IMG/VR virus record: IMGVR_UViG_3300045988_001753
Span: 1-64,000 of that record
Origin: a virus
DNA length: 64,000 bases
Strand: one strand, 5' to 3'
The notes beneath the pieces are model-generated. The model saw only the letters and a program-made list of their open reading frames with translations. It searched no databases and was not told the DNA's origin. The position numbers and the translations under genes are program-made. This document shows positions 25,478 through 34,149 of this stretch, one piece after another (within the stretch, counting starts at the first letter, position 1; the number at the start of each line of letters is the position of its first letter).

Positions 25478-25997
25478 AGTAAAAGTATTGACTGGGGGCT
25501 GTATGCCTGTAATTAGTGAGAATGGTGATTGGATAGATTTGAGGTCTGCCATAAATATCACCATCCCTGCACCACAGGCTGATGTCCTTAAAAGAAAAAC
25601 TATTGAAGGAGAGAGAGTAGGTCATAGGGATGTAGAGATTCCTACCTATTATATCCCTCTTGGAGTGGCAATGCAATTGCCCAAAGGATTTGAAGCTATT
25701 ATTGATTCAAGGAGTAGTGGTCCTAAGAAGTTAGGATTATTCATCCCAAGTGGTCAAGGTGTAGTGGATAACACATATAATGGCAATGATGACCAGTGGC
25801 ACTATGTATGTTCTCCTATGAGAGAGACCACTATTGAAGCAGGTGATAGAATCTGTCAATTTAGGATACAGCTTAGTCAGAAAGCTACTATGTGGCAGAA
25901 GATTAAATGGCTGCTAAGTTCAGGTATTGAGCTTGTGGAAGTAGATGACTTGGGTGATGATAACAGAGGAGGATTTGGTACTTCTGGCATCAAGTAG
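25461..25997 (+). CDS. dut: dUTP pyrophosphatase
   Basis: Motif 3 GQGVVDNTYNGNDD and C-terminal motif 5 NRGGFGTSG. Confidence 0.85.
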   Translation: MKLKIKVKVLTGGCMPVISENGDWIDLRSAINITIPAPQADVLKRKTIEGERVGHRDVEIPTYYIPLGVAMQLPKGFEAIIDSRSSGPKKLGLFIPSGQGVVDNTYNGNDDQWHYVCSPMRETTIEAGDRICQFRIQLSQKATMWQKIKWLLSSGIELVEVDDLGDDNRGGFGTSGIK

Positions 25998-26023
25998 TAA
26001 CTAAAAAAAAAAAAGCATGAAGC

Positions 26024-26521
26024 ATGGTATTAGAAATAATTGGTATTATGCTTGCAGTAATCATCTTATCTATCATCATTAATGGTGTAGAAGATTATTG
26101 CAAGCAGAGTAAAAGGGTAAATATGTCTTTCAAAGAGGCTATGGATTTGGTAGAGTTGCCTGTAGTAACATTCCTTAATGGAGATAAGAAACTTAACTTC
26201 TTGTTGGACACTGGAAGTAATATCTCTCAAATCAACAGCTCTATTCTTCCTCTTCTTGACCATAAGAAGATAGAGGCAAAAGACATGGATGTGACAGGAA
26301 TTGAAGGTAATAAGGTAAATACTGAGTTCTGTGAAATGACAATCACTTATAAGGGGCAAGAATTTGTAGGTGATTTCTGTATTCACAACTTGGATGATGC
26401 CTTTGCTATTGTTAAGGAAGAGTCTGGTGTGCAGATTCATGGTATCCTTGGCAGCCTGTTCTTCCAAAAATATAAATATGTCTTTGACTTTGAAAGTCTT
26501 ATTGCTTATTCTAAGAAATAA
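26024..26521 (+). CDS. membrane-anchored retropepsin-like aspartic protease
   Basis: N-terminal TM segment VLEIIGIMLAVIILSIIING. Active-site FLLDTGSNISQIN (D-T-G) and flap/dimer region IHGILGSLFFQKYKYVFDF. A12 leader upstream. Confidence 0.65.
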   Translation: MVLEIIGIMLAVIILSIIINGVEDYCKQSKRVNMSFKEAMDLVELPVVTFLNGDKKLNFLLDTGSNISQINSSILPLLDHKKIEAKDMDVTGIEGNKVNTEFCEMTITYKGQEFVGDFCIHNLDDAFAIVKEESGVQIHGILGSLFFQKYKYVFDFESLIAYSKK

Positions 26522-26790
26522 TGGAAGATATTATAAAACTTAGGTCCAGATATGGAGCTGTAAACTATCTCAAGAAGATGCCTAAGCCTGATGGTTCTGA
26601 ATCAAAAACTTATGTACTCAAAACTGATATGCCTACATTGAGAGTAGGTGAAGTTCAAGGAGGAAATAAGTTTATTGACCCATCAGGAGGTCCAATGATT
26701 GTGGTAGGCTATGAGCTTGAGGAAGCCAAGGCAGTTGTCAAATCTATAGACTTTGTTAAGGGTTATGGATATACTATAACATTTGAATAA
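26521..26790 (+). CDS. hypothetical protein (89 aa)
   Basis: TAATG start-stop overlaps on both sides. No motif recognised. Confidence 0.45.
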   Translation: MEDIIKLRSRYGAVNYLKKMPKPDGSESKTYVLKTDMPTLRVGEVQGGNKFIDPSGGPMIVVGYELEEAKAVVKSIDFVKGYGYTITFE

Positions 26791-29099
26791 TGATATATTT
26801 TGTTACTGGTCAGAGAGAACTATTTGAGTTTCCTGATGCTAAGTATAAGTGTATCTCTGTAGAAGAGTCTCTTAAAATATTAGAGCCTCTTCGAGTAGTA
26901 GGTTTAGATACTGAAACTACAGGTACAGAGATATGGCAAGGTAAATTGCTTACTCTTCAGCTTGGTAACAAGGAAAATCAAGTTGTGATAGACTGCATGA
27001 CTATTGATGTCAAGCAGTATAAGGATTATCTTGAAAGTGACAGACTATTCATCATTCATAATGCAAAGTTTGATTTAAGATGGCTGTATAAGGAACATAT
27101 TGTAGTCAGAAATGTCTATGATACTTATTTAGCTGAGAAGATTCTATTTCTTGGATTCCCACCTGGCATTGTATCTTTGTCCTTGCAGGCTTGTTGTGAT
27201 AGGTATTTACATATCTATCTTGACAAGACTGTCAGAGGACAGATACATGCAGGTATGACAGAAGAGGTTATAGTTTATGCAGCAAATGATGTTGTGCATC
27301 TTGAGGATATTATGAACTTGCAGCTTGTTACTATCAATGCAAGGGGTCAGAAAGTGGCACTTGATATTGAGAATGAGTTTGTAAGAGTCCTTGCATACAT
27401 TGAATATTGTGGCATTAAACTTGACCCTGTTAAGTGGAAGGCTAAGATGGCTAAAGATGCAGAGAGGTTAAGGATTGCTGAGCAGAAACTTAATGATTGG
27501 GTAGTAGATTATGTAATGAAAAAGGATGACCCTTCCCTCATTGCAAGAAACTATGATACTCACAAGAAAGGTAAGCCAGCCAAACTTGCAGATAATGTGT
27601 ATGTGGTAATACCACAACCTTCATTATTCTCTGAGTTTGATACTGGACCTCAATGTATTATTAACTGGAATAGTTCCAAGCAGGTAATCAGATTGTTTGA
27701 AGAACTTGGGTTTGACCTATTGGTTAAAGACAAGAAAACAGGCAAGATGAAAAAGTCTGTGGAGTCTAAGTTTATAGAATTGCAGGCAAGTAAGAGTAGT
27801 ATTGTTCCTTTATACTTGGAATATTCAGCAGCTTTCAAGGTAGTAACATCTTTTGGTCAAAACTTCCTTGATGCTATTAACCCTGTTACACAAAGAATCC
27901 ACCCAACATTCAATCAAATGATGGATACTGGTAGATTGAGTTGTGGTTCAGGAGGAAAAGGTAAAGGAGGTAAGACTAAAGATGATGATATTGCAGAGGA
28001 GGAAGATGAAAGCAAGGACACTTCTACACAGGCAAATGATAAGAGTGTCAATGTTCAGCAGCTTCCAGCCACAGAAGAAACAAGAGCAGCATTTGTACCT
28101 GAAAAGGGACATTTGTTAGTAGATTGTGATTATGGAGACCAAGAAGGTCATGTGTTCACTGAATTGTCTAATGATAAGGAGTGGATTGCATTCTACAATG
28201 ACCCTAACCAAAGAGATGGACACTCCTTTGTAGCCAAGATGTGTTTCCCTAAAGACCTTGATGGGGTTGCAGAGAAGGATGTCAAGAAGGTAAGAAAAGA
28301 CCTTAGAGATTTGGCTAAGAAAGCAAGGTTCTGTTTCAATTATAATGGTCAGGCTCCCACAATGGCAACTAATTGTAATATTCCTGTGGACTTTGCAACT
28401 GAGATTTATAACAACTATTTCAAGAGATTTAATGGTATAGCAAGCTATTTCAAGGTACAAAAGAGAGACATGTGGAATAGAGGCTATATCCTAATCTCAA
28501 AGATAACTGGGCTAAGGGCATATATCTATGACTATCCTATACTGAAAGGTATTGAAAGGAGAAAGAATGGTATGGAAGATTTCTGGGATATATACAAAGC
28601 TGCAAGAGATAGTGGCAGAGTAATATCTGAGATTCCACCATCTGTCATGCAAGAAATTGCAAAGAAGTTTGCCCAAGGTGTTCCTATTGAAGAAATAGCT
28701 GTTAGGTATTCATATAAGGTTAAAAAGGCAGGTAAGGTGGAGGAAAGATTCATTGATATTAACAGGGAGACTGTATATGTGTCAGTGATGAAACACTTAT
28801 GGAAGAGAAAGAGTGCTTCTGATAATCAGTCATGTAACTATCCTTCTCAAGGTACTGCTGCTGCAATGACTAAGATAGCAGGTATTAGATACTTTAATCA
28901 TTTGGTTAATGATGGTCTTATATTCAAAGTCCTCATTCCTAATGATGTACATGATGAGTATCTGATAGAGCCACCTGAGGAAATTGCAGAGCAGGAAGCT
29001 AAGAAGTTAAGTGAGTGTATGGAGTATGCAGCAGCAATCTTCTGTAAGAAAGTAACTATTAGAGCTGTGCCAGAAATTGCCCCTTGTTGGGTTCATTAG
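26790..29099 (+). CDS. polA: family A DNA polymerase with 3'-5' exonuclease domain
   Basis: ExoI VVGLDTETTG, ExoII FIIHNAKFDLRWL, ExoIII YAANDVVHLEDI. TGRLS...NVQQLP, motif A LLVDCDYGDQEGHV, motif B RDLAKKARFCFNYNG and motif C NDVHDEYLIE. Confidence 0.9.
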   Translation: MIYFVTGQRELFEFPDAKYKCISVEESLKILEPLRVVGLDTETTGTEIWQGKLLTLQLGNKENQVVIDCMTIDVKQYKDYLESDRLFIIHNAKFDLRWLYKEHIVVRNVYDTYLAEKILFLGFPPGIVSLSLQACCDRYLHIYLDKTVRGQIHAGMTEEVIVYAANDVVHLEDIMNLQLVTINARGQKVALDIENEFVRVLAYIEYCGIKLDPVKWKAKMAKDAERLRIAEQKLNDWVVDYVMKKDDPSLIARNYDTHKKGKPAKLADNVYVVIPQPSLFSEFDTGPQCIINWNSSKQVIRLFEELGFDLLVKDKKTGKMKKSVESKFIELQASKSSIVPLYLEYSAAFKVVTSFGQNFLDAINPVTQRIHPTFNQMMDTGRLSCGSGGKGKGGKTKDDDIAEEEDESKDTSTQANDKSVNVQQLPATEETRAAFVPEKGHLLVDCDYGDQEGHVFTELSNDKEWIAFYNDPNQRDGHSFVAKMCFPKDLDGVAEKDVKKVRKDLRDLAKKARFCFNYNGQAPTMATNCNIPVDFATEIYNNYFKRFNGIASYFKVQKRDMWNRGYILISKITGLRAYIYDYPILKGIERRKNGMEDFWDIYKAARDSGRVISEIPPSVMQEIAKKFAQGVPIEEIAVRYSYKVKKAGKVEERFIDINRETVYVSVMKHLWKRKSASDNQSCNYPSQGTAAAMTKIAGIRYFNHLVNDGLIFKVLIPNDVHDEYLIEPPEEIAEQEAKKLSECMEYAAAIFCKKVTIRAVPEIAPCWVH

Positions 29100-29100
29100 T

Positions 29101-29412
29101 ATGGAGACTTGGAGAATAGCTATTCCTATAGTAGTACTTGTATTATGTACCATAGGTGCGTGGTATGTAGTAAAACTAAGATGGGAAGAGATAAGGAGTA
29201 AGATGTATGTATATCCTAAGAATGGTCATCATTACTTACCACTTTTCAGATGCAGGATGAAATGTCCTGCAACTGGTGAGTGGTTTGATGCACTAATCTA
29301 TCAGGATTACAATACTAAGCATTTGTATGTCAGAGATAGGAAGGACTTCTTTGATAAGTTTGTAAAACTTTTAGACTGGGAAAATGGAACAAAAGAAAGT
29401 GGACAATGTTAA
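29101..29412 (+). CDS. small membrane protein (103 aa)
   Basis: The ATG at 29101 lies 2 nt after the polA stop; the track start at 29077 is inside polA. TM segment WRIAIPIVVLVLCTIGAWYVV. Confidence 0.45.
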   Translation: METWRIAIPIVVLVLCTIGAWYVVKLRWEEIRSKMYVYPKNGHHYLPLFRCRMKCPATGEWFDALIYQDYNTKHLYVRDRKDFFDKFVKLLDWENGTKESGQC

Positions 29413-29635
29413 TCATCCCCCACACTATACATGGCTTAAAGATAAATGTGGGATTGAGGTGATTGATATAACAAGACACATGGATTTTTGCTTAGGCAAT
29501 GCTATTAAGTATATACTTAGGGCAGGACATAAGCAGGATGCAAGCCTTACAGATAATCAGAAGGAAATTGAGGATTTGAAGAAGGCTATATGGTATATCA
29601 ATGACAGGATAAAGCAATTAGGTGGTGAAGTATGA
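29384..29635 (+). CDS. DUF3310-family phage protein
   Basis: NHPPHYT...GIEVIDI...GNAIKYILRAGHK...EDLKKAIWYI is the typical DUF3310 pattern. Confidence 0.7.
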   Translation: MEQKKVDNVNHPPHYTWLKDKCGIEVIDITRHMDFCLGNAIKYILRAGHKQDASLTDNQKEIEDLKKAIWYINDRIKQLGGEV

Positions 29636-29775
29636 CATTTATAATTCATTTCAAAGATGGACATAGAGAGACCTATAATAATAGGTATAATGAGGATGTA
29701 GAGCATGAGAGAGATGCAGCTTGGGATGATGTCTATGCTACATTTCCTGATGCAGAGTACATTGAGTCTTTCTAA
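29632..29775 (+). CDS. small ORF (47 aa) below the track threshold
   Basis: ATGA overlap with the DUF3310 stop. Reads MTFIIHFKDGHRETYNNRYNEDVEHERDAAWDDVYATFPDAEYIESF. It fills an otherwise non-coding gap. Confidence 0.3.
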   Translation: MTFIIHFKDGHRETYNNRYNEDVEHERDAAWDDVYATFPDAEYIESF

Positions 29776-29798
29776 GTCCATCATAGGAGGGTAGAAAG

Positions 29799-29981
29799 AT
29801 GAGTGGGATTAAAGTTAGTGTTAAAACAAAGGCTAAAGAGACTCTGAAACTATCTAACCATCTAAGGTCATATCTTTTTGAACAGGAGTATGGTGAATTG
29901 AGTAACTGTACTCCTGCTCAAAAGAAAACCCTTAGAGATGCTTTGTTAGTTTTGAACTCTGTGGTCAGCAAGAGTAAATAA
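29799..29981 (+). CDS. hypothetical protein (60 aa)
   Basis: ORF in the co-oriented gene string. No motif recognised. Confidence 0.4.
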   Translation: MSGIKVSVKTKAKETLKLSNHLRSYLFEQEYGELSNCTPAQKKTLRDALLVLNSVVSKSK

Positions 29982-29982
29982 T

Positions 29983-30273
29983 ATGACAGAGAAGCAACTG
30001 AGATGGCAGAAAAGGAATAGAATACTTTGGAGGTTAAAAGGTATGGTAGGCTTTCCCTTTGAGGAAGGAGTACTTACACCTCTTGAGAATGATAGACTGA
30101 ATACTGCCTTTGGTATTATTAGAGGAGTAATCCAAGATTCAGTAGAGTCAAGTATTGAATTAGGATTTAATGCTAAGAAGAGGTGTCACTTTTGTGGAAA
30201 ACCTGTTGTGGAAGGTAGTGAATATTGTAAAGAACACAAAGAATACATGGAGGAAAGACAATGCCAAAGATAA
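29983..30273 (+). CDS. hypothetical protein with C-terminal Cys/His cluster (96 aa)
   Basis: CHFCGKP...EYCKEHKEY suggests a zinc-ribbon-like site. Confidence 0.45.
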   Translation: MTEKQLRWQKRNRILWRLKGMVGFPFEEGVLTPLENDRLNTAFGIIRGVIQDSVESSIELGFNAKKRCHFCGKPVVEGSEYCKEHKEYMEERQCQR

Positions 30274-30719
30274 TTTTATGCCGAGGTATTCAAGGTAGTG
30301 GTAAGACTACATGGGCTAAACAATGGGTACTTGAAGACCCTGAGCATAGAGTAAGATTCAATAATGATGATATAAGAAATATGCTTGGTAAGTATTGGGT
30401 TCCCAGTAGAGAAGGTCTTGTAAAAGACTTAAAGGATTTATTCTTGTGGAAAGCTATGTCTTATAGATTTGATATTGTTATTGACAATATGAATCTTAAT
30501 CCAAAGGAGTTGGAGTACTATGAAAGAGTACTTAATGATTGGAATAATGCTAATGAATATGCTCCCACTGTGATAGGACCTAAGTATGAATTGGAAATTA
30601 AAGATTTCTTCATACCTCTTCAAGACTGTATAGAGAGGGACTCAAAGAGACCTAATCCTATAGGGGAAGAGGTCATAAGGAAGACTTATGAGAAGTATAA
30701 AGACATTCTGAAAGTATAG
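30261..30719 (+). CDS. P-loop kinase, polynucleotide kinase (T4 Pnk kinase domain)-like
   Basis: IILCRGIQGSGKTTWAKQW Walker A, then RFNNDDIRNML and DIVIDNMNL, as in PNK/AAA_33 kinases. Confidence 0.6.
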   Translation: MPKIILCRGIQGSGKTTWAKQWVLEDPEHRVRFNNDDIRNMLGKYWVPSREGLVKDLKDLFLWKAMSYRFDIVIDNMNLNPKELEYYERVLNDWNNANEYAPTVIGPKYELEIKDFFIPLQDCIERDSKRPNPIGEEVIRKTYEKYKDILKV

Positions 30720-30720
30720 T

Positions 30721-30924
30721 ATGAGACAATATACATCAAGAGAGTTCATAAAGATAGTGGAATTTAATGGTTTCTATTATAGCAGACATAATGGAGACCA
30801 TGCTATCTATGTGAATGATAAGGGAAGGCATATCAGCATACCTAAGAATCTTGAATGTGTAATTGCTCGTAGACTGATTAAAGAGAATAACTTGGTAACA
30901 GACATTAAAAAGAAAAAGAAATGA
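30721..30924 (+). CDS. hicA: HicA-like mRNA interferase toxin-family protein
   Basis: 67 aa. YTSREFIKIVEFNGFYYSRHNGDHAIYVN..GRHISIPKN...ARRLIKE follows the HicA/YcfA pattern, with GDH in place of GSH. Confidence 0.6.
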   Translation: MRQYTSREFIKIVEFNGFYYSRHNGDHAIYVNDKGRHISIPKNLECVIARRLIKENNLVTDIKKKKK

Positions 30925-31274
30925 CTGAAAGTGGATATTATCCCCCAGGGGCAGAACATGACCCTAATGCACCCTGGAATCAGGCTGACAATCCTGAAAG
31001 GGAAATTGAGGTCACAGTAAGTGTCACCCTTAGTAAAACTGTAAAGATTAAGGTATCTGACTATGAGATTACTGACTCTGGAAAGGATGAAGATGGTGAA
31101 TATTTTGAGGATATAGACTACTCAAACTGTGACCTTAAAGGTGCAGTTGAAGAGCAGATTGTATTACCTCAAAAGGCTTGGGATTATATAGCTCCTAAAT
31201 CAAAGAAAGAAGTTAATGCTATCTTTGACTTAAAGGGCTGGAATGTTGATGACTTTGAAGTTATAGAGGAATAA
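30921..31274 (+). CDS. hypothetical acidic protein (117 aa)
   Basis: ATGA overlap with the hicA-like stop. N-terminal YYPPGAEHDPNAPWNQ. Very acidic. Confidence 0.5.
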   Translation: MTESGYYPPGAEHDPNAPWNQADNPEREIEVTVSVTLSKTVKIKVSDYEITDSGKDEDGEYFEDIDYSNCDLKGAVEEQIVLPQKAWDYIAPKSKKEVNAIFDLKGWNVDDFEVIEE

Positions 31275-31275
31275 T

Positions 31276-31476
31276 ATGGCAACAGCAACTAAGATTCAAT
31301 TAGTAGAATTTAACAAGGATGAGGCATTAAATGGTGCCTCCCTTGCATTCTCTTCTAATGGACAGTTGAGTGGAACAGTCAGTGACTATGTACTTAATTT
31401 TCAATTGAATGATATAGGCTCTGTTACAGAGAAATACTCTGGACAAGTACAAAAAAAAAATGTATTATTTCAATGA
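31276..31476 (+). CDS. hypothetical protein (66 aa)
   Basis: ORF with an A10 tract in its 3' end that overlaps the next start. Confidence 0.4.
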   Translation: MATATKIQLVEFNKDEALNGASLAFSSNGQLSGTVSDYVLNFQLNDIGSVTEKYSGQVQKKNVLFQ

Positions 31477-32098
31477 TAATGGTGTATGTTCTGATGGTAA
31501 TGAACTCCATAATCTGTTTATTGTAGATGCCAAGATTATTGCAACCTCAGGCACAACAGCTACCAGAGGAGATGCAGGCTCAGAAGAGAATATTGATATA
31601 GATGTATTACAGCCAAGAGAATACTTTGCAATGTATGCTTTGCAGGGTATATTGGCTAAAGTGGAAAATCCTTTGACATTGGATGATGGGCAGGTTACTC
31701 TCATATCAAGTATGGCATTTAAGATTGCCCAAAGTATGATGAGTACAGCAGCAGATTACAGAGCAGCTACCCAATCAGAAGAGACTCCTCCACCATCTGT
31801 AGATGTGGATATTAACAATGTTACATCCACTACTGACAAGTTATTGTATAATATGAGTCAGTCTATGGTTGGAATGCAGGAGAGTTTGAAGGATATTAAG
31901 AACACTATGTCTGGTCAAGAAGGTGAAATTCAGAAGGTAGAGTTAAGTGCAGTATCTGTATCAGAGGTACCTGTAAGGGTTACTAATGCTTACTTGAATA
32001 CTTATGTGGACAATATGCCTACTGTTCCTTCAGAGCCTGTATCTATCACTGGTACAGTAAGTGTGGATAACTTTCCCTCAAGTGGGACAGAATCATAA
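31460..32098 (+). CDS. hypothetical protein (212 aa)
   Basis: The ATG is formed at the end of the A10 tract. No motif recognised. Confidence 0.5.
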   Translation: MYYFNDNGVCSDGNELHNLFIVDAKIIATSGTTATRGDAGSEENIDIDVLQPREYFAMYALQGILAKVENPLTLDDGQVTLISSMAFKIAQSMMSTAADYRAATQSEETPPPSVDVDINNVTSTTDKLLYNMSQSMVGMQESLKDIKNTMSGQEGEIQKVELSAVSVSEVPVRVTNAYLNTYVDNMPTVPSEPVSITGTVSVDNFPSSGTES

Positions 32099-32101
32099 GA
32101 T

Positions 32102-32902
32102 ATGATAGACAACTTTGAATTAATCAAGAGTCTTTTCTACTTCAATGAAGCAAATGATATGTTCTTTCATTTACAGATTGTTCAGAGAGCCAAAGACCAT
32201 AAGGGTGAGAACAAGAAAGTAAAGGAAAGTGCAATCAAAACTTACTTTATTAGAAGTAGAGAGCATCTTGATAGAGTGAAAGAAGAAGTGATATTTCTCT
32301 GTGAACATTATGGTGCAAGAGCCTATATCAATGTAGCTGGAAAGGATTTCAAGAATCTGCAAGACTTATTACTTGCTAAGTTAGCAGAGTATAATCTGAA
32401 TGGTACTGTAAGAGACCCAAGGAGAATACTCAATAGTGCAGCAGGGGAATTGAAGTCAAGAAATCCTAAATGGGTAGTTGATATAGATGATATATCTATG
32501 ATGAATGCTATTGCAGATAAACTCTTTGAGTTATATGCAGAGGCTTGGAAAAAGAAAGGTTCTGATATTTCAGTAGAGGCACTTAAAGAAGTAGGATATG
32601 ACTACATTTATGCCCAAATACCTACTAAACAAGGTATTCATCTCATTGTGAGACCTTTTAATCTACAAGCCTTTCATAAGGCATTTCCTGATGTAGATAT
32701 ACACAAAAACTCAATGGGAACTGTTTTATACATTCCTAATAGTCTCAACCATAGATATGTTTGCAGTGAATGTGGTAGCCCCAATATTCAAGTACAGGCA
32801 TGGGTAAATGCTAATACCAATGAGTATGTAGATGACATAACTGATAATGCTGAATGTTGGTGTGAGGATTGTGGTAAACATACTAAACTTAAAGAAGTAT
32901 AA
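32102..32902 (+). CDS. hypothetical protein with C-terminal zinc ribbon (266 aa)
   Basis: CSECGSPN...CWCEDCGKH near the C-terminus. Confidence 0.5.
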   Translation: MIDNFELIKSLFYFNEANDMFFHLQIVQRAKDHKGENKKVKESAIKTYFIRSREHLDRVKEEVIFLCEHYGARAYINVAGKDFKNLQDLLLAKLAEYNLNGTVRDPRRILNSAAGELKSRNPKWVVDIDDISMMNAIADKLFELYAEAWKKKGSDISVEALKEVGYDYIYAQIPTKQGIHLIVRPFNLQAFHKAFPDVDIHKNSMGTVLYIPNSLNHRYVCSECGSPNIQVQAWVNANTNEYVDDITDNAECWCEDCGKHTKLKEV

Positions 32903-33153
32903 TGAAAGTATTAAAGATTTATTCAAAGACTTGTGGACCTTGTAAGACACTGGAGAGCAATCTCCAGCTTGCAGGTATTCCACATGAAAGTATAGATGTT
33001 CAATCTGTAGAGGGCTATGATGTTGTAGCCAAGTATGAGATAAGGACAGTACCTACTCTCATCTTAGTAGATGATGAGGGAAATGTTGTAAAAAGGCATA
33101 GTGGTCTGTTAGGTGTTCAAGAATTAAAAGAGTTCTGCAATGAAGCTAATTAA
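32902..33153 (+). CDS. trx: thioredoxin
   Basis: 83 aa with the CGPC active site (SKTCGPCKTL) and a cis-Pro region RTVPTLIL. Confidence 0.8.
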   Translation: MKVLKIYSKTCGPCKTLESNLQLAGIPHESIDVQSVEGYDVVAKYEIRTVPTLILVDDEGNVVKRHSGLLGVQELKEFCNEAN

Positions 33154-34138
33154 GCCAAGTTTTGAAATATGGAATCAGCCTGCTGGTCTTGAAGGAGTTT
33201 ATAAACAGATTGAGAGAGTAGGTAGAGTATGTTATAAGTCTGAGGATAAGATAACAGAAGATTCTGCCAAGCCTTTTGTGGATAGGATGATTAAGTCTGG
33301 TCATGGTGCTATGTTGGAACATGGTACAGTGTATTTGGATGTGCCTAATTCAGCAGAAGACTATAATTTAGTTCCTTTCTTTGCCTCAAATCCTTACTCC
33401 AAGGTAGTTATAAAACCTTTGGATGATAGAGTGCATAACTATGTTACTACTAATTTCAGAGTAATAGTAGAGAACTTTGCTGAGGAGTATATACCAGATA
33501 TACTTCAATACTTGTGTGAGCCTACAGAGTGCCATGAGAAGAGAATTACTGTTCACTTTGTATGTGACAGGGGTGTATCACATGAATTTGTAAGGCATAG
33601 AGTTATGTCTTTTGCTCAGGAAAGTACAAGGTATTGTAACTATTCTAAGGATAAGTTTGGAAATGAACTCACCTTCATTATTCCTTGTTGGTTAGATATA
33701 CCAGAGGGAAAGGCATATTGGCATGATGGAATAAACTATAGAGTTGGAGCTACAGAGGAAAATATATTTGGAGAATCTGTAAACCCTAAAGCTTGGTTTA
33801 ATAAAGAAAGCAATTGTGTAGAAGTGCATGATTATATTCAAGCTTTAGATAATGCCGAAAAGGCATATCTCAGGTTAATGAGTGCTTGGGAAAACAGAGT
33901 TACTGATAGGAGATATGTTACAGGATTCAAAGGAAATCCTTGGACTCCACAGCAAGCAAGAGCAGTATTACCTAATGCCTTAAAGACAGAATTGGTTATG
34001 ACTGGATTTGTATCTGATTGGAATCACTTCTTTGACCTAAGAGCAAGAGGTACTACAGGTGCTCCACATCCTCAGGCTAAGGAATTAGCAGAACCTCTAA
34101 TGAAAAAGTTTATTGCAAGAAAGTATATTAATAACTAA
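33140..34138 (+). CDS. thyX: flavin-dependent thymidylate synthase
   Basis: ThyX signature VRHRVMSFAQESTRY (RHRxxSxxxxSxR) and a C-terminal DLRA...PHPQ region. At 332 aa it is longer than minimal ThyX. Confidence 0.85.
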   Translation: MKLIKPSFEIWNQPAGLEGVYKQIERVGRVCYKSEDKITEDSAKPFVDRMIKSGHGAMLEHGTVYLDVPNSAEDYNLVPFFASNPYSKVVIKPLDDRVHNYVTTNFRVIVENFAEEYIPDILQYLCEPTECHEKRITVHFVCDRGVSHEFVRHRVMSFAQESTRYCNYSKDKFGNELTFIIPCWLDIPEGKAYWHDGINYRVGATEENIFGESVNPKAWFNKESNCVEVHDYIQALDNAEKAYLRLMSAWENRVTDRRYVTGFKGNPWTPQQARAVLPNALKTELVMTGFVSDWNHFFDLRARGTTGAPHPQAKELAEPLMKKFIARKYINN

Positions 34139-34149
34139 AAAAAAAAAGT

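Noticed and set aside
26017-26085. ATG at 26017 directly after the A12 tract, 7 nt upstream of the protease start
   Set aside because: It is in a different frame from the protease and terminates after about 22 codons. It is probably not a gene, although a tiny upstream ORF cannot be excluded.
22821-29099. Inteins in NrdD or the DNA polymerase
   Set aside because: NrdD has normal length with contiguous motifs. The only polymerase insertion is a 35-aa low-complexity loop without intein splicing blocks, meaning no Cys/Ser...His-Asn-Cys boundary pattern.
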